This document shows positions 39,151 to 51,900 of a stretch of DNA of 64,000 nt, piece by piece. Origin of the DNA: Octopus vulgaris. Its lineage: Eukaryota. The stretch is taken from contig OX597822.1 in NCBI GenBank assembly GCA_951406725.2, forward strand, positions 75,144,001 through 75,208,000, read 5' to 3'. How positions within the stretch are numbered: the first letter of the stretch is position 1; the number at the start of each line of letters is the position of its first letter. The notes beneath the pieces are model-generated. The model was not told the origin of the DNA. It did no database searches and saw nothing but the letters and a program-made list of their open reading frames with translations. The position numbers were made by a program, and so were the translations under genes.

Positions 39151-42100
39151 AGGGTCAATATAATGTCTTGGAAAAACTATTTGAGCTCTTCACTTCTGGG
39201 TTCAAATCTTACCACATTCACCCTTACCCGTCATCCTTGTGGGCCACAAGTACCAGGGTCAATATAATGTCTTGGAATAACTATTTGAGCTCTTCACTTC
39301 TGGGTTCAAATCTTACCACATTCACCCTTACCTGTCATCCTTGTGGGGCCACAAGTAATAGGGTCAATATGTCTGGGAATACCTATTTGAGCTCTTCACT
39401 TCAGGGTTCAAATCTTACAACTTACACTCTTACCTGTTATCCTTGTGGGGCCACAAGTATTAGGGTCAATATAATGTCTTGGAATAACTATTTGAGCTCT
39501 TCATTTCTGGGTTCAAATCTTACCACATTCACCCTTACCTGTCATCCTTGTGGGGCCACAAGTAATAGGGTCAATATAATGTCTTGGAATAACTATTTGA
39601 GCTCTTCATTTCTGGGTTCAAATCTTACCACATTCACCCTTACCTGTCATCCTTGTGGGCCCACAAGTACCAGGGTCAATATAATGTCTTGGAATAACTA
39701 TTTGAGCTCTTCATTTCTGGGTTCAAATCTTACCACATTCACCCTTACCTGTCATCCTTGTGGGGCCACAAGTACCAGGGTCAATATAATGTCTTGGAAT
39801 ACCTATTTGAGCTCTTCACTTCTGGGTTCAAATCTTACCACATTCACCCTTACCTGTCATCCTGGTGGGGCCACAAGTAATAGGGTCAATATAATGTCTT
39901 GGAATACCTATTTGAGCTCTTCACTTCTGGGTTCAAATCTTACCACATTCACCCTTACCCGTCATCCTTGTGGGGCCACAAGTAATAGGGTCAATATAAT
40001 GTCTTGGAATACCTATTTGAGCTCTTCACTTCTGGGTTCAAATCTTACCACATTCACCCTTACCTGTCATCCTTGTGGGGCCACAAGTACTAGGGTCAAT
40101 ATAATGTCTTGGAATACCTATTTGAGCTCTTCATTTCTGGGTTCAAATCTTACCACATTCACCCTTACCTGTCATCCTTGTGGGCCCACAAGTAATAGGG
40201 TCAATATAATGTCTTGGAATAACTATTTGAGCTCTTCACTTCTGGGTTCAAATCTTACCACATTCACCCTTACCTGTCATCCTTGTGGGCCCACAAGTAA
40301 TAGGGTCAATATAATGTCTTGGAATAACTATTTGAGCTCTTCACTTCTGGGTTCAAATCTTACCACATTCACCCTTACCTGTCATCCTTGTGGGGCCACA
40401 AGTAATAGGGTCAATATGTCTGGGAGTACCTATTTGAGCTCTTCACTTCAGGGTTCAAATCTTACAACTTACACTCTTACCTGTTATCCTTGTGGGGCCA
40501 CAAGTATTAGGGTCAATATAATGTCTTGGAATAACTATTTGAGCTCTTCATTTCTGGGTTCAAATCTTACCACATTCACCCTTACCTGTCATCCTTGTGG
40601 GGCCACAAGTAATAGGGTCAATATAATGTCTTGGAATAACTATTTGAGCTCTTCATTTCTGGGTTCAAATCTTACCACATTCACCCTTACCTGTCATCCT
40701 TGTGGGGCCACAAGTACCAGGGTCAATATAATGTCTTGGAATAACTATTTGAGCTCTTCATTTCTGGGTTCAAATCTTACCACTTACACCCTAACCTGTC
40801 ATCCTTGTGGGCCCACAAGTAATAGGGTCAATATAATGTCTTGGAATACCTATTTGAGCTCTTCACTTCTGGGTTCAAATCTTACCACATTCACCCTTAC
40901 CTGTCATCCTTGTGGGGCCACAAGTACTAGGGTCAATATAATGTCTTGGAATACCTATTTGAGTTCTTCACTTCAGGGTTCAAATCATACCACATTCACC
41001 CTTACCTGTCATCCTTGTGGGGCCACAAGTACTAGGGTCAATATAATGTCTTGGAATAACTATTTGAACTCTTTCTTTCTGGGTTCAAATCTTACCACAT
41101 TCACCCTTACCTGTCATCCTTGTGGGGCCACAAGTACCAGGGTCAATATAATGTCTTGGAATACCTATTTGAGCTCTTCACTTCTGGGTTCAAATCTTAC
41201 CACATTCACCCTTACCTGTCATCCTTGTGGAGCCACAAGTACTAGGGTCAATATAATGTCTTGGAATACCTATTTGAGTTCTTCACTTCAGGGTTCAAAT
41301 CATACCACATTCACCCTTACCTGTCATCCTTGTGGGGCCACAAGTACTAGGGTCAATATAATGTCTTGGAATAACTATTTGAACTCTTTCTTTCTGGGTT
41401 CAAATCTTACCACATTCACCCTTACCTGTCATCCTTGTGGGGCCACAAGTAATAGGGTCAATATAATGTCTTGGAATACCTATTTGAGCTCTTCACTTCT
41501 GGGTTCAAATCTTACCACATTCACCCTTACCGTCATCCTTGTGGGGCCACAAGTAATAGGGTCAATATAATGTCTTGGAATACCTATTTGAGCTCTTCAC
41601 TTCTGGGTTCAAATCTTACCACATTCACCCTTACCTGTCATCCTTGTGGGGCCACAAGTACTAGGGTCAATATAATGTCTTGGAATACCTATTTGAGCTC
41701 TTCATTTCTGGGTTCAAATCTTACCACATTCACCCTTACCTGTCATCCTTGTGGGCCCACAAGTAATAGGGTCAATATAATGTCTTGGAATAACTATTTG
41801 AGCTCTTCACTTCTGGGTTCAAATCTTACCACATTCACCCTTACCTGTCATCCTTGTGGGCCCACAAGTAATAGGGTCAATATAATGTCTTGGAATAACT
41901 ATTTGAGCTCTTCACTTCTGGGTTCAAATCTTACCACATTCACCCTTACCCGTCATCCTTGTGGGCCCACAAGTAATAGGGTCAATATAATGTCTTGGAA
42001 TAACTATTTGAGCTCTTCACTTCTGGGTTCAAATCTTACCACATTCACCCTTACCTGTCATCCTTGTGGGGCCACAAGTAATAGGGTCAATATGTCTGGG

Positions 42101-43225
42101 AGTACCTATTTGAGCTCTTCACTTCAGGGTTCAAATCTTACAACTTACACTCTTACCTGTTATCCTTGTGGGGCCACAAGTATTAGGGTCAATATAATGT
42201 CTTGGAATAACTATTTGAGCTCTTCATTTCTGGGTTCAAATCTTACCACATTCACCCTTACCTGTCATCCTTGTGGGGCCACAAGTACCAGGGTCAATAT
42301 AATGTCTTGGAATACCTATTTGAGCTCTTCATTTCTGGGTTCAAATCTTACCACTTACACCCTAACCTGTCATCCTTGTGGGCCCACAAGTAATAGGGTC
42401 AATATAATGTCTTGGAATACCTATTTGAGCTCTTCACTTCTGGGTTCAAATCTTACCACATTCACCCTTACCTGTCATCCTTGTGGGGCCACAAGTACTA
42501 GGGTCAATATAATGTCTTGGAATAACTATTTGAGTTCTTCACTTCAGGGTTCAAATCATACCACATTCACCCTTACCTGTCATCCTTGTGGGGCCACAAG
42601 TACTAGGGTCAATATAATGTCTTGGAATAACTATTTGAACTCTTTCTTTCTGGGTTCAAATCTTACCACATTCACCCTTACCTGTCATCCTTGTGGGGCC
42701 ACAAGTAATAGGGTCAATATAATGTCTTGGAATACCTATTTGAGCTCTTCACTTCTGGGTTCAAATCTTACCACATTCACCCTTACCTGTCATCCTTGTG
42801 GAGCCACAAGTACTAGGGTCAATATAATGTCTTGGAATACCTATTTGAGTTCTTCACTTCAGGGTTCAAATCATACCACATTCACCCTTACCTGTCATCC
42901 TTGTGGGGCCACAAGTACTAGGGTCAATATAATGTCTTGGAATAACTATTTGAACTCTTTCTTTCTGGGTTCAAATCTTACCACATTCACCCTTACCTGT
43001 CATCCTTGTGGGGCCACAAGTAATAGGGTCAATATAATGTCTTGGAATACCTATTTGAGCTCTTCACTTCTGGGTTCAAATCATACCACATTCACCCTTA
43101 CCTGTCATCCTTGTGGGGCCACAAGTACTAGGGTCAATATAATGTCTTGGAATAACTATTTGAGCTCTTTCTTTCTGGGTTCAAATCTTACCACATACAC
43201 CCTTACCTTTCATCTTTGTGGGGCC
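39151..43225 (+). repeat. 105-bp satellite, ~39 units, derived from a SINE S2 body
   Basis: The unit TTCTGGGTTCAAATC...CCTGTCATCCTTGTGGGGCC...AGGGTCAATATAATG aligns with S2 TTCTGAGTTCAAATTC...CCTTTCATCCTTTCGGGGTC...GGGGTCGAT. The array is followed by an S2 3' end (CCCCACAAATTTCAGGTCTTATG). Confidence 0.95.
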
Positions 43226-43411
43226 AATAAAACAAAATACTGTCAACTACTAGGATCAATGTCAGAGTTTGTTCTTTCCCCACAAATTTCAGGTCTTATG
43301 TCTCAGTAAGAAATTACCATTTTGGATAAATTAAATTTTCTTAATAGCTTATAATCCGTTTTTCTATTTGATTTTCAAGATTCTTAATGTGAACTTGTGT
43401 GTTGAAATAAG

Positions 43412-43775
43412 TTTTGTTGTATTTTGGGAGGGTCATTTTATTAAAATAAGCATAAGCACTGGTTGTATTTCACTTCTGTTATTATTATTAGTTAATTGAT
43501 TAACCATTTCACCAATTAACTAATCAGTTGTCTGATTAACTGTTTGGCCAATCAGTCAATTAGCTAGGCTTGTCAAAGTCCTTTCATCACCAGTTACAAC
43601 CTTATCAAAGGCATGCTTCCTCTATTCCAGGTCTGCTAATGATTAATCAAACAATCTATTAATTTAATTGGATAAATGGCCAACCAATTGACTAATGATA
43701 ATGATAAAAGAAGTGAAACACAACCAGTGCATGTGTTCAGTATTGGCATAATGACCCTCCCAAGATACAACAAAA
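43412..43775. repeat. diverged ~100-bp inverted repeat
   Basis: 43412-43509 versus 43674-43775. Confidence 0.7.
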
Positions 43776-44649
43776 TCTACAGCCATTTTTGTGAAACACT
43801 TTTGTATTAATGAAGACCATGCACTTGGTTTTGTATCAGATACATTCCAAAGTATAGGTATGTGAAGAAGACAACTGAACTAACAGGTGCCAACTGTTTC
43901 AACTCTGAAAATAATTTGAGTGAAGTGGTTGAACTGGGAACTGAAATCTCATTATAGACATGGCTTTCTGCCAACACTCTGTAATGCAGATAGAAATATT
44001 TTTTTATGGTACTACCTATAAGTCATAAATGCTGCAGTAAAATTTTGTTTCATCTCCTACATTTACGAGATATGGATGTATGAAATGTGCATGTCATAAA
44101 TGTTATGGATAAATATTATTTAAATTTGTTTTGTGACATCTCTTAGTCATAAATATTTGATATCTAATGAACATAGAATTTATGGGGTGATCATAAAACC
44201 GCTTAGATGAGACTCGCCGTTATGGGTTACAGTTGTTTACCTTTACTAACCTGAATATAAAAACCGATGAGATCTCATATAAGTCAGGGTTTTATAAATG
44301 TTTAGTGAAGTGGGACATTGCCGCAGAACTTTGCAGGCTCTGATGACATCGATAAACACGATATTAATAAAGAGATCTGTCTGAATGTCTGTAGGCAAAC
44401 ATTTGTCAAGAAAACAAAACAAAAAAAAAGAACAGAAAGTGCACAGGGGAGAAGAGATTTCAACAGGTGCCGGCGTGGCTGTGTGGTATGAAGTTTGCTT
44501 CCCAGCCACATGGTTCCAGGTTCAGTCCCACTGTGTGATACCTTGAACAAGTGTTTTTTGCTATATCCTTGGGCTGACCAAAATCTTGTGAGTGGATCTG
44601 GTAGACAGAAACTGAAAGAATCCCATCATGTGTGTGTGTGTGTGTGTGC

Positions 44650-44680
<31 letters not shown>

Positions 44681-44687
<7 letters not shown>

Positions 44688-44990
44688 ATAAGGGTAGAAA
44701 TTGATATTAATCAATTAAAACCAGTGCCCTAGCATTTTTTGAAAAAATCCGAAGATTGAAAATTTTTTTACATACAAAATTTAGAGGACTGACCACTAAA
44801 AATGGACAGCCTATATGTTAGATATAGACGTCAAATCGCCATTTTCCATGAAAACCTTTGGGTTTTTTGCTGAGTATTTTCTTGAGAACACATTCTTCAT
44901 GGGAAATGGCGATTTGACAGCTATATCTAGCTTATAGGCTGTCCACTTTTAGTGGTCAGTCCTCTAAATTTTGTATGTGAAAAAATTTTT
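44681..44990 (-). mobile_element. inverted-arm PLE-like element with one-sided tail (family D relative)
   Basis: Arms 44759-44853/44896-44990 and a ~78 nt tail ending ATTAATATCAATTTCTACCCTTATTTA on the minus strand; in (TA)n. Confidence 0.75.
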
Positions 44991-45147
44991 ATATATATAT
45001 ATATATATTATATATATTTTGGCCTGTTCGCTTAACCAGCGGGGTGGTGTCTTTCGAATGCTAAAACAATGCGAACGCATTGTGATCAGTGATGTGTAGC
45101 AACAACTGAGGGTCTGGTCGGTCACATGATCATATGATATATATATA

Positions 45148-45394
45148 TTGGGTTGGTGCATAATTATTGTGGCTTTTTTTCAACAAATTTTATTCAACAA
45201 AAACAATAGCAAAATGTACCAAAAACATCTTTAAATGATTATTCCGAGCATATTCACCATCTACTTCAATTACTGTTTCCCATTTGCTTGGCAGATGGTC
45301 AGGCCGTCATTTAAAGATGTTTTTGTTAAATATTGTTATTGTTTTTGTTGAATAAAATTTGAAAAAAAGCCGCATAAATTATGCACCAACTCAA
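45148..45394 (-). mobile_element. mariner MITE (internally deleted)
   Basis: TIRs TTGGGTTGGTGCATAAT/ATTATGCACCAACTCAA with TA flanks. Remnant DHLPSKWETVIEVDGEY of the mariner transposase C-terminus. Confidence 0.9.
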
Positions 45395-45408
45395 TATATA
45401 TTTATATA

Positions 45409-45607
45409 TTCTTTTATTTGTTTCAGTCATTTGACTGCAGCCATGCTGGAGTACTGCCTTTAGTTGAGCAAATTGACCCCAGTACTTATTCTTTGTAAGC
45501 CTAGTACATATTCTATTGGTCTCTTTTGCTGAACCACTAAGTTACAGGGATGTGAACACACCAATATCAGTTGTCAAGTGATGGTGGGGGAGAAACACAG
45601 ACACATG

Positions 45608-45682
<75 letters not shown>

Positions 45683-45836
45683 CAGGCTTCTTTCAGTTTC
45701 CCTCTACTAGATCCATTCACAACGCTTTGGTCAGCTCGAGGCTATAGTAGAAGATACTTGATGAAGATGTCACAGTGGGATTGAACCTGGAACCATGTGG
45801 TTGGTAAGCAAGCTACTTGCCACATACCCACTTCTG
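45409..45836 (-). mobile_element. SINE family S1, diverged full copy
   Basis: Alignable to S1, with many CpG>TpG changes. Confidence 0.85.
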
Positions 45837-46569
45837 TGTGTATATATATATATATATATTTGTGTATGTGTGTACATGTGTGTGTGTGTTCTTTGTGACT
45901 GTGTTAGTTCTCCCATTAGCACTTGACAAATAGTGTTGTTTTGTTTATGTCCCTATAACTTAGCAGTTTGGCAAAAGACACTGATTGAATAAGTACCAGG
46001 CTAAGAAAAAAGAAAAGCACTGGGGTAAATTCGTCTGATTAAAAACTCTTCAAGCTGGTGCTCTAGCCTGGCCACAGTCTAATGACTGAAACAAGTAAGT
46101 GATAAAACGTAAAAAGTAAAAGGCCATAGGGTTGAGATTCTAAATTGAAAAGACAAAATATAAATGGTTTGTGCATGGTCAGTTGATATCAGGGAATGAA
46201 GTAGTACAGGTAACGAGAGGAAGAGAGACAGGTGGGTTGGGTTGGGTTGGGTTGGGTTTACCTGGGTGAATATAGCAATTAACTAGTTAACTCAGAGGAG
46301 CAGAAGCTATGATAGTTGTGATAGAAAAGGAAGAGGAAGATGACAGCACACTACATATTTACCAAAGAGACCTTTGGAGATAGGCCTCACCGAGGCAATG
46401 ACAAGTGAGCGAGACCTTTGGAAATATGCTATGCTGAGACTGTAACTGTGGCCCATGCCAGTGCAGCATAACCAGCCCATTTAAGAGAACCCTTCAATCT
46501 TTGGGCAATAAACTGCACTTACGAAGACCTGTTGAGGCAAGTCAAATCATTGTGTGTAAGATATATGAG

Positions 46570-48060
46570 GACAGATTTATGTTTATAAAAACAGATATAT
46601 AATAACAGATAATAACTTAATTTATCATTATAGAACCTTCTTTTCTATAATGTGATTAAATAAATCCACCTTCAGCTTCACCAACTGCTTCTATGTGAGA
46701 TCTAAATCATCTACATGCTCGAATCAAGTGGTCCTAGGTCATTTTGAACATTACTCTGACTACGGCAGCTTTCATAGAATCTTTGGTGTTATGGGCGTGT
46801 TCATTGACCTCTCTCTCAACAACGCTCCACATGTAATAGTCCAATGGATTGAGATCTGGTGAATCAGGAGGCCAAATGTTAGGAGTTATGTGATCATGAA
46901 AATTTTCAGCCATCCATTCCTGTGTTACTAGAGCCATGTGTGATAGTGCAGAGTCTTACTGAAACACATATGGCCTTCCATTGCATACACTGTCTATCTA
47001 GGGCTTAATTATTTCCAGGACCTTAATGTAGGCGGCAGAGTTAACTCTAAGCCTTGTGGAAAGAAGTATGGAGACATCACATGTCCATCATTGCTGACAA
47101 CCCCTAAGTCCATGATAGTTGCAGGAAATTTTGTATGCATAACATTTGGAACTTCAGAAGGGTCAGCAAAAAACCATGTTAACTTTTTGATCTTGGTCGA
47201 AATTTTTCTTGTTTGAGAAAAACCAAATCAAATCTTTGCTGGATTTTTCAGTTTGCTTAAGAGCCTTTTAGATCTGACATAGAGATTTTCTTTTGCTTTT
47301 TCTGACAAATTGACCTTTCCTCAAATTCACCTGGATAAATTCAGGTGTTCTGATGATTTCAGAGTATTTAGAATGCTTTTTATGCTTTGATACTGATGAT
47401 ACATTTTCATCTTCAGTCTCTAACTCATTACAAACTTTGTAGACGAAAGACCTAGCAACTTTTAAAAATCGAGATATTTCTAAATCACTATGCTCAGCCT
47501 TTATAACTACAATAACAGCATGCCTCTCCATTTCTTGAGTAAGCTGAGGGTCTGCCATTATTTTCTGAAACAAAGATTATTCAGAGTTAGCAAAAAGAAA
47601 TTGACCTTACCTCATCATATAAGAATTATATCTGATGTCTTTGTGGACAACATTTCTGACTGTTCCTTCTGACACATAGAGATCTTTTGCAACTGACCTT
47701 GTGGACTTTCTGGGATTGTAATCAAGGTCTGTTGAACTTGCTGGATAAATTCAGATGTTCTGGTGATTTAAGAGCATTCAGAATGCTTTTTATGCTTTGA
47801 TCCTGGTGATACATTTCCATCTTCAGTCTCTAGCTCCTTTCAAACTTTGTAGACAAAAGACTTGGCAACTTTTAAAAATCGAGATATTTCTAAATCGCTA
47901 TGATCAGCCTTTATAACCACAATAACAGCATGCCTCTTCATTTCTTGGGTAAGCTGAGGGTCTGCCATAATTATTTTCTGAAACAAAGATTATACAGAGT
48001 TAGCAAAAAATGTAGCAATGACCCAAAAAAGGTATGTCCTCAAATACCTTATGCAAATTG
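46570..48060 (-). mobile_element. decayed Tc1/mariner (DD37D/maT-like) transposon with internal ~410-bp-offset duplication
   Basis: WPPDSPDLNPLDYYMW motif. The N-terminal HTH-like segment (EISRFLKVARSFVYKV) is present twice, at 47331-47597 and 47741-48010. Confidence 0.85.
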
Positions 48061-48083
48061 TATAGAGAAAGAGAGAAAGAGAG

Positions 48084-48293
48084 AGAGGTCACAAATGTGA
48101 CAGGGGGTGCTGACTAGCACCAAATTATGCTAAAATAAGAGTTAAATTATCTCCATAGCCACAATGGCTTCGGAGTTAATTTAACTCTTATTTTAACATA
48201 ACTTGGAGCTAGTCAGCATCCCCTGTCACTTTTCTGACCTCTATTAATTTTGCCTTTAGGTTCTAATAGCTATTAAGCCACCTTCTTCATTTA
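48084..48293 (+). mobile_element. hairpin element with one-sided tail
   Basis: ~75-bp arms spanning 48084-48242, plus a ~50 nt tail abutting (TA)n. Confidence 0.7.
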
Positions 48294-48300
48294 TATATAT

Positions 48301-48541
48301 ATTTATAAATACCAGAGTGAGAACATAAATGCAAAACAAGGTAGAAAAAATAGTACTCGAATACCGAAGGTAGAGGAATATACTTTTTTATTAAAGCTGC
48401 AAAAATATCACAAAAAACTGTGACACAGAGTTTCATGTTCCCATGCGTTGGACAGTTGTGATCAGGACTGTGTAACAAATGGGAACATGAAACCCTGAGT
48501 CACAGATTTTTGTGATATTTTTGCAGCTTTAATAAAAAAAG
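48301..48541 (-). mobile_element. inverted-arm element with decayed hammerhead
   Basis: Arms 48383-48444/48479-48541 and an ~80 nt tail. The minus strand reads ctgt CCAACGC atg-ggaa-cat GAAA ctctgtg TC acag. Confidence 0.65.
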
Positions 48542-48624
48542 TGTGTGTGTGTGTGTGTTGTAGTTAGAGAATTTTTATTGGCTCAAATTCTTTCTTAAAA
48601 CTAGACTTCAAATTCTTACATGAT

Positions 48625-48921
48625 ACTGGAGAAGTTCTTAAGCAGATCAGGCCGAAAATGTCGCTAGAAGCTAGGATCACCAAGCATAGATTAGCATATT
48701 TTGGTCATATTATGCGGAGAAAATCCCTGGAGAAGGACATCATGCTCGGAATGGTCAGTGGCAAGAGAGGAAGAGGCCGACCAAGAACCCACTGGCTTGA
48801 CACCATCAAGAGTGATACCGGAATGGATATGGCCAATCTGAAAGAAGCGGCCCAGGATAGAACTGACTGGAGGACACTCATCCATCGAGTAACCGAGAGT
48901 CGACTTCAACTGAGCGGATAG
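48625..48921 (+). pseudogene. RTE/BovB-type LINE 3' ORF fragment (second RTE family)
   Basis: SLEARITKHRLAYFGHIMRRKSLEKDIMLGMVSGKRGRGRPRTHWLD...AAQDRTDWR. Confidence 0.9.
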
Positions 48922-49509
48922 ATAGACTGGAAGAGTCAAAAGTATGTCACTTCATTCCATCTTTGCTAGAACTTGGATATCAGGTATTAATTGATATTTT
49001 TGATTAAAAAGAATAATGCAGCTGTTGATTATATTTGTAGATCAGAGACTGAAGTGTGATGGTGAAAACTCTTTGCCAGTCATTTGCATGTTCTTCCTCA
49101 GGATGTCGTCTAGGATATATTTGTGCATGCAGCAGTAGAACTGTCCTTGGTGTGGGACCAATATTTAAATTGTGAGTCACACTTGAATTATATAGATTCA
49201 GGAAATAATCAGGGCTGGATTATTTTCTGAACCCAAATACAAAGGATAATCTTTAAGATGTAGTTTCCACTATGCTATATTTGTGGAGTTGCCAGAAATG
49301 ATTATTGAAGATTGTGAAGCCTTGTTATTTGAAGCCATATTAAGAGTTTTAATTGCGTGTTGATCAAGACTAGAGTGGAAAAGTACAAGATGGTTTCGTT
49401 GATGAGAGCATTAAATGTGTCCAACTGTTATTAAGAGAGATTAAAGTGTCATGTTGACTGTGAAGTTGGAGAGCAGATTTGATATGAGATGTCTAGATTA
49501 CACTTTAAT

Positions 49510-49560
<51 letters not shown>

Positions 49561-49586
49561 AGGAGCAAGCACTATTAGAAGTGGCA

Positions 49587-49800
49587 AAGGTGGTGAGCTG
49601 GCAGAATTGTTAGAACGTCTGGTAAAATGCTAAGTGGTATTTCGTCTGTCGCTATGTTCTGAGTTCAAATTCTGCCAAGGTTGACTTTGCCTTTCATTCT
49701 TTTGGGGTCAATAAATCAAGTGCCAGTTGAGTACTGGGGTTGATCTAATCAACTATTCCCCTGCCCCAAATTTCAGGTCTTGTGCCTATAATAGAAAGTC
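49587..49800 (+). mobile_element. SINE family S2
   Basis: Full head, central domain and 3' end. Confidence 0.85.
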
Positions 49801-49879
49801 ATTCATGTACAAAAAGAAGACTTTGGGTGATATAATCAAACCTTAAAACTCATTAGAATTTAATGAGGATTAGCAAGAA

Positions 49880-50085
49880 TCCTATCTTTCATACTGCTAT
49901 TGGAGAGGAAACTTCCAGTTCGTGAGATGAGAGACAATAAAGCCCAAATGCAAACAGTTTAGCTAAGAGGTTCTCTCGACACATATGGCTAAACATTTTT
50001 CATGTGATGAACTCATTTGAATGGCATAAAAGGAAAGCTTTCTGGTTATTCGGTTCTACAGAATCCGTATTGGTGATTGCTGACA
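49880..50085 (-). pseudogene. decayed CR1/L2-group LINE RT fragment
   Basis: The minus strand reads NHQYGFCR ... NLLAKLFAFGL ... SFLSNSS, with stops and frameshifts. Confidence 0.5.
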
Positions 50086-50936
50086 AGGGAGAGAGAAAAA
50101 TTCTGTTGTCTTATTCTGTGTTTAGTCTGTGACTATTCTGGGGTTAGTCAAACAAATCAATCCTAGTACTTATAATTCTTGTATTTATTCTATTGGTCTT
50201 GTGTGATGACCCACTAAATTATCGGGATGTAATCAAACCAACACTGGTTGTCAGGTGGTGGAGGTGGGACAAGCATACACACACACACAACATATATGTG
50301 TAAGACTGGCTTTCACATAGTTTCTGTTTTAAAATTCAGTCACAAGGCATTGGCTGGCCTGGGGCTACAACAGAAGATGCTTGCCCAAGGTGCTATGCAG
50401 TGGCACTGAATCTGAGACCACATGGTCACAAAGCACGCATCTTAACCACATAGCCATGCATGCACTTACATGTAATTTCTAATTTTCAGTTTCTGCAGTT
50501 TCACTCTTATATCACTTCTGATGAGCCAATAATGAAAGTAGCCTCTACATGGTCACTCCCTCTGCAAGAAATAACAGTCAATTCTCCCACAAAGCACCAC
50601 TTCTAACCAGGTCAGTAGGAAAGGACACATTGGATAACATAGATCAATATATACTGCCTGAAATATAGACGGAATGGTCACAGGTGGAATGTCTTTGATC
50701 ACAGGTCTAATCATTTAGAGCTCACCTGAGCTAAACAAAAGATCAATAGCACTTACATGTTTAAGTAAGCCATGAATACCACAACATCCAATTTATTATT
50801 ACCCCAAAATGAGCTCATGTTTTTATATTGCACTAACTTACTAGCTGCCCTATCGAGTGGCTTTTAAGCTAGTTCCTGTGCAGGGCTCTTCATTGGGCCT
50901 TGAGCCCAGTAATGCCACTTCATGCATTGAGTACAT

Positions 50937-51169
50937 ACTCTTTTACTCTTTTACTTGTTTCAGTCATTTTACTGCGGCCATACTGGAGCACTGCCTTTAG
51001 TCGAGCAAATCGACGCCAGAACTTATTCTTTGTAAGCCTAGTACTTATTCTATCGGTCTCTTTTGCCGAACTGCTAAGTTACGGGTATGCAAACACACCA
51101 GCATCGATTGTCAAGCGATGTTGGGGGGACAAACACAGACACACAAACACACACACACACACATATATA

Positions 51170-51213
<44 letters not shown>

Positions 51214-51377
51214 CGACGAGCTTCTTTCAGTTTTCGTCTACCAAATCCACTCACAAGGCTTTGGTCGACCCGAGGCTATAGTAGAAGACACTTGCCCAAG
51301 ATGCCATGCAGTGGGACTGAACCTAGAACCATGTGGCTGGTAAGCAAGCTACTTACCTCACAGCCACTCCTGCGCCT
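50937..51377 (-). mobile_element. SINE family S1, full copy
   Basis: Alignable to the other S1 copies. Confidence 0.9.
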
Positions 51378-51589
51378 ATATTAAATTTTATTAAACTTTG
51401 CTTAAATTATTAAGCAATGAACAATTTTTGTTAAAACAATGATATAATATGTTGACTTGAACTTATTGTAAAGCTTCATGATAAATTACATTTTTTTGTC
51501 TTCCCATTCGGGGGTCAGTACAATTTTACAATTTGTTTTCTGTCTAACCTCTTTCTTTCTCTCTCTCTCTTTCTGTTGATTGTTTTCAA

Positions 51590-51900
51590 CCTTCACCATC
51601 ACCAGTACCACCACCACCATCGCCACAACAACTGGCATACACACACCGTTCAGACTTCTGATGCCACCACCATCAACACGTTTGACTTCGCCACCTTCCT
51701 CTACATCACCACCACCACTGTCTTTCACATCCCTTACTATCACCGTCATGCTTGACCACCTCAGCTACCACCACCACCACCACCACCACCACCACCACCA
51801 CCACCATCACCACCACCATCGCCTCCACCTCTATCACAACTACAGCTCATACAATTACCATCACCCCATTACCATCTCAACTGTCAATCTACAACCGCCC
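51590..51900. repeat. degenerate (CAC)n tract
   Basis: Direct reading. Confidence 0.85.

Noticed and set aside
39168-43309. 800-aa and 612-aa ORFs as a real repeat protein gene
   Set aside because: The unit is SINE-derived, its length is a multiple of three, and variants are mostly nonsynonymous. Not called as CDS; kept only as a low-priority finding.
43782-43856. Possible 75-nt exon (AG...GTATGT, open frame)
   Set aside because: No polypyrimidine tract, no recognisable protein similarity and no partner exons.
50518-50550. CTGATGA...GAAA hammerhead-like spacing
   Set aside because: No convincing stem I, II or III.
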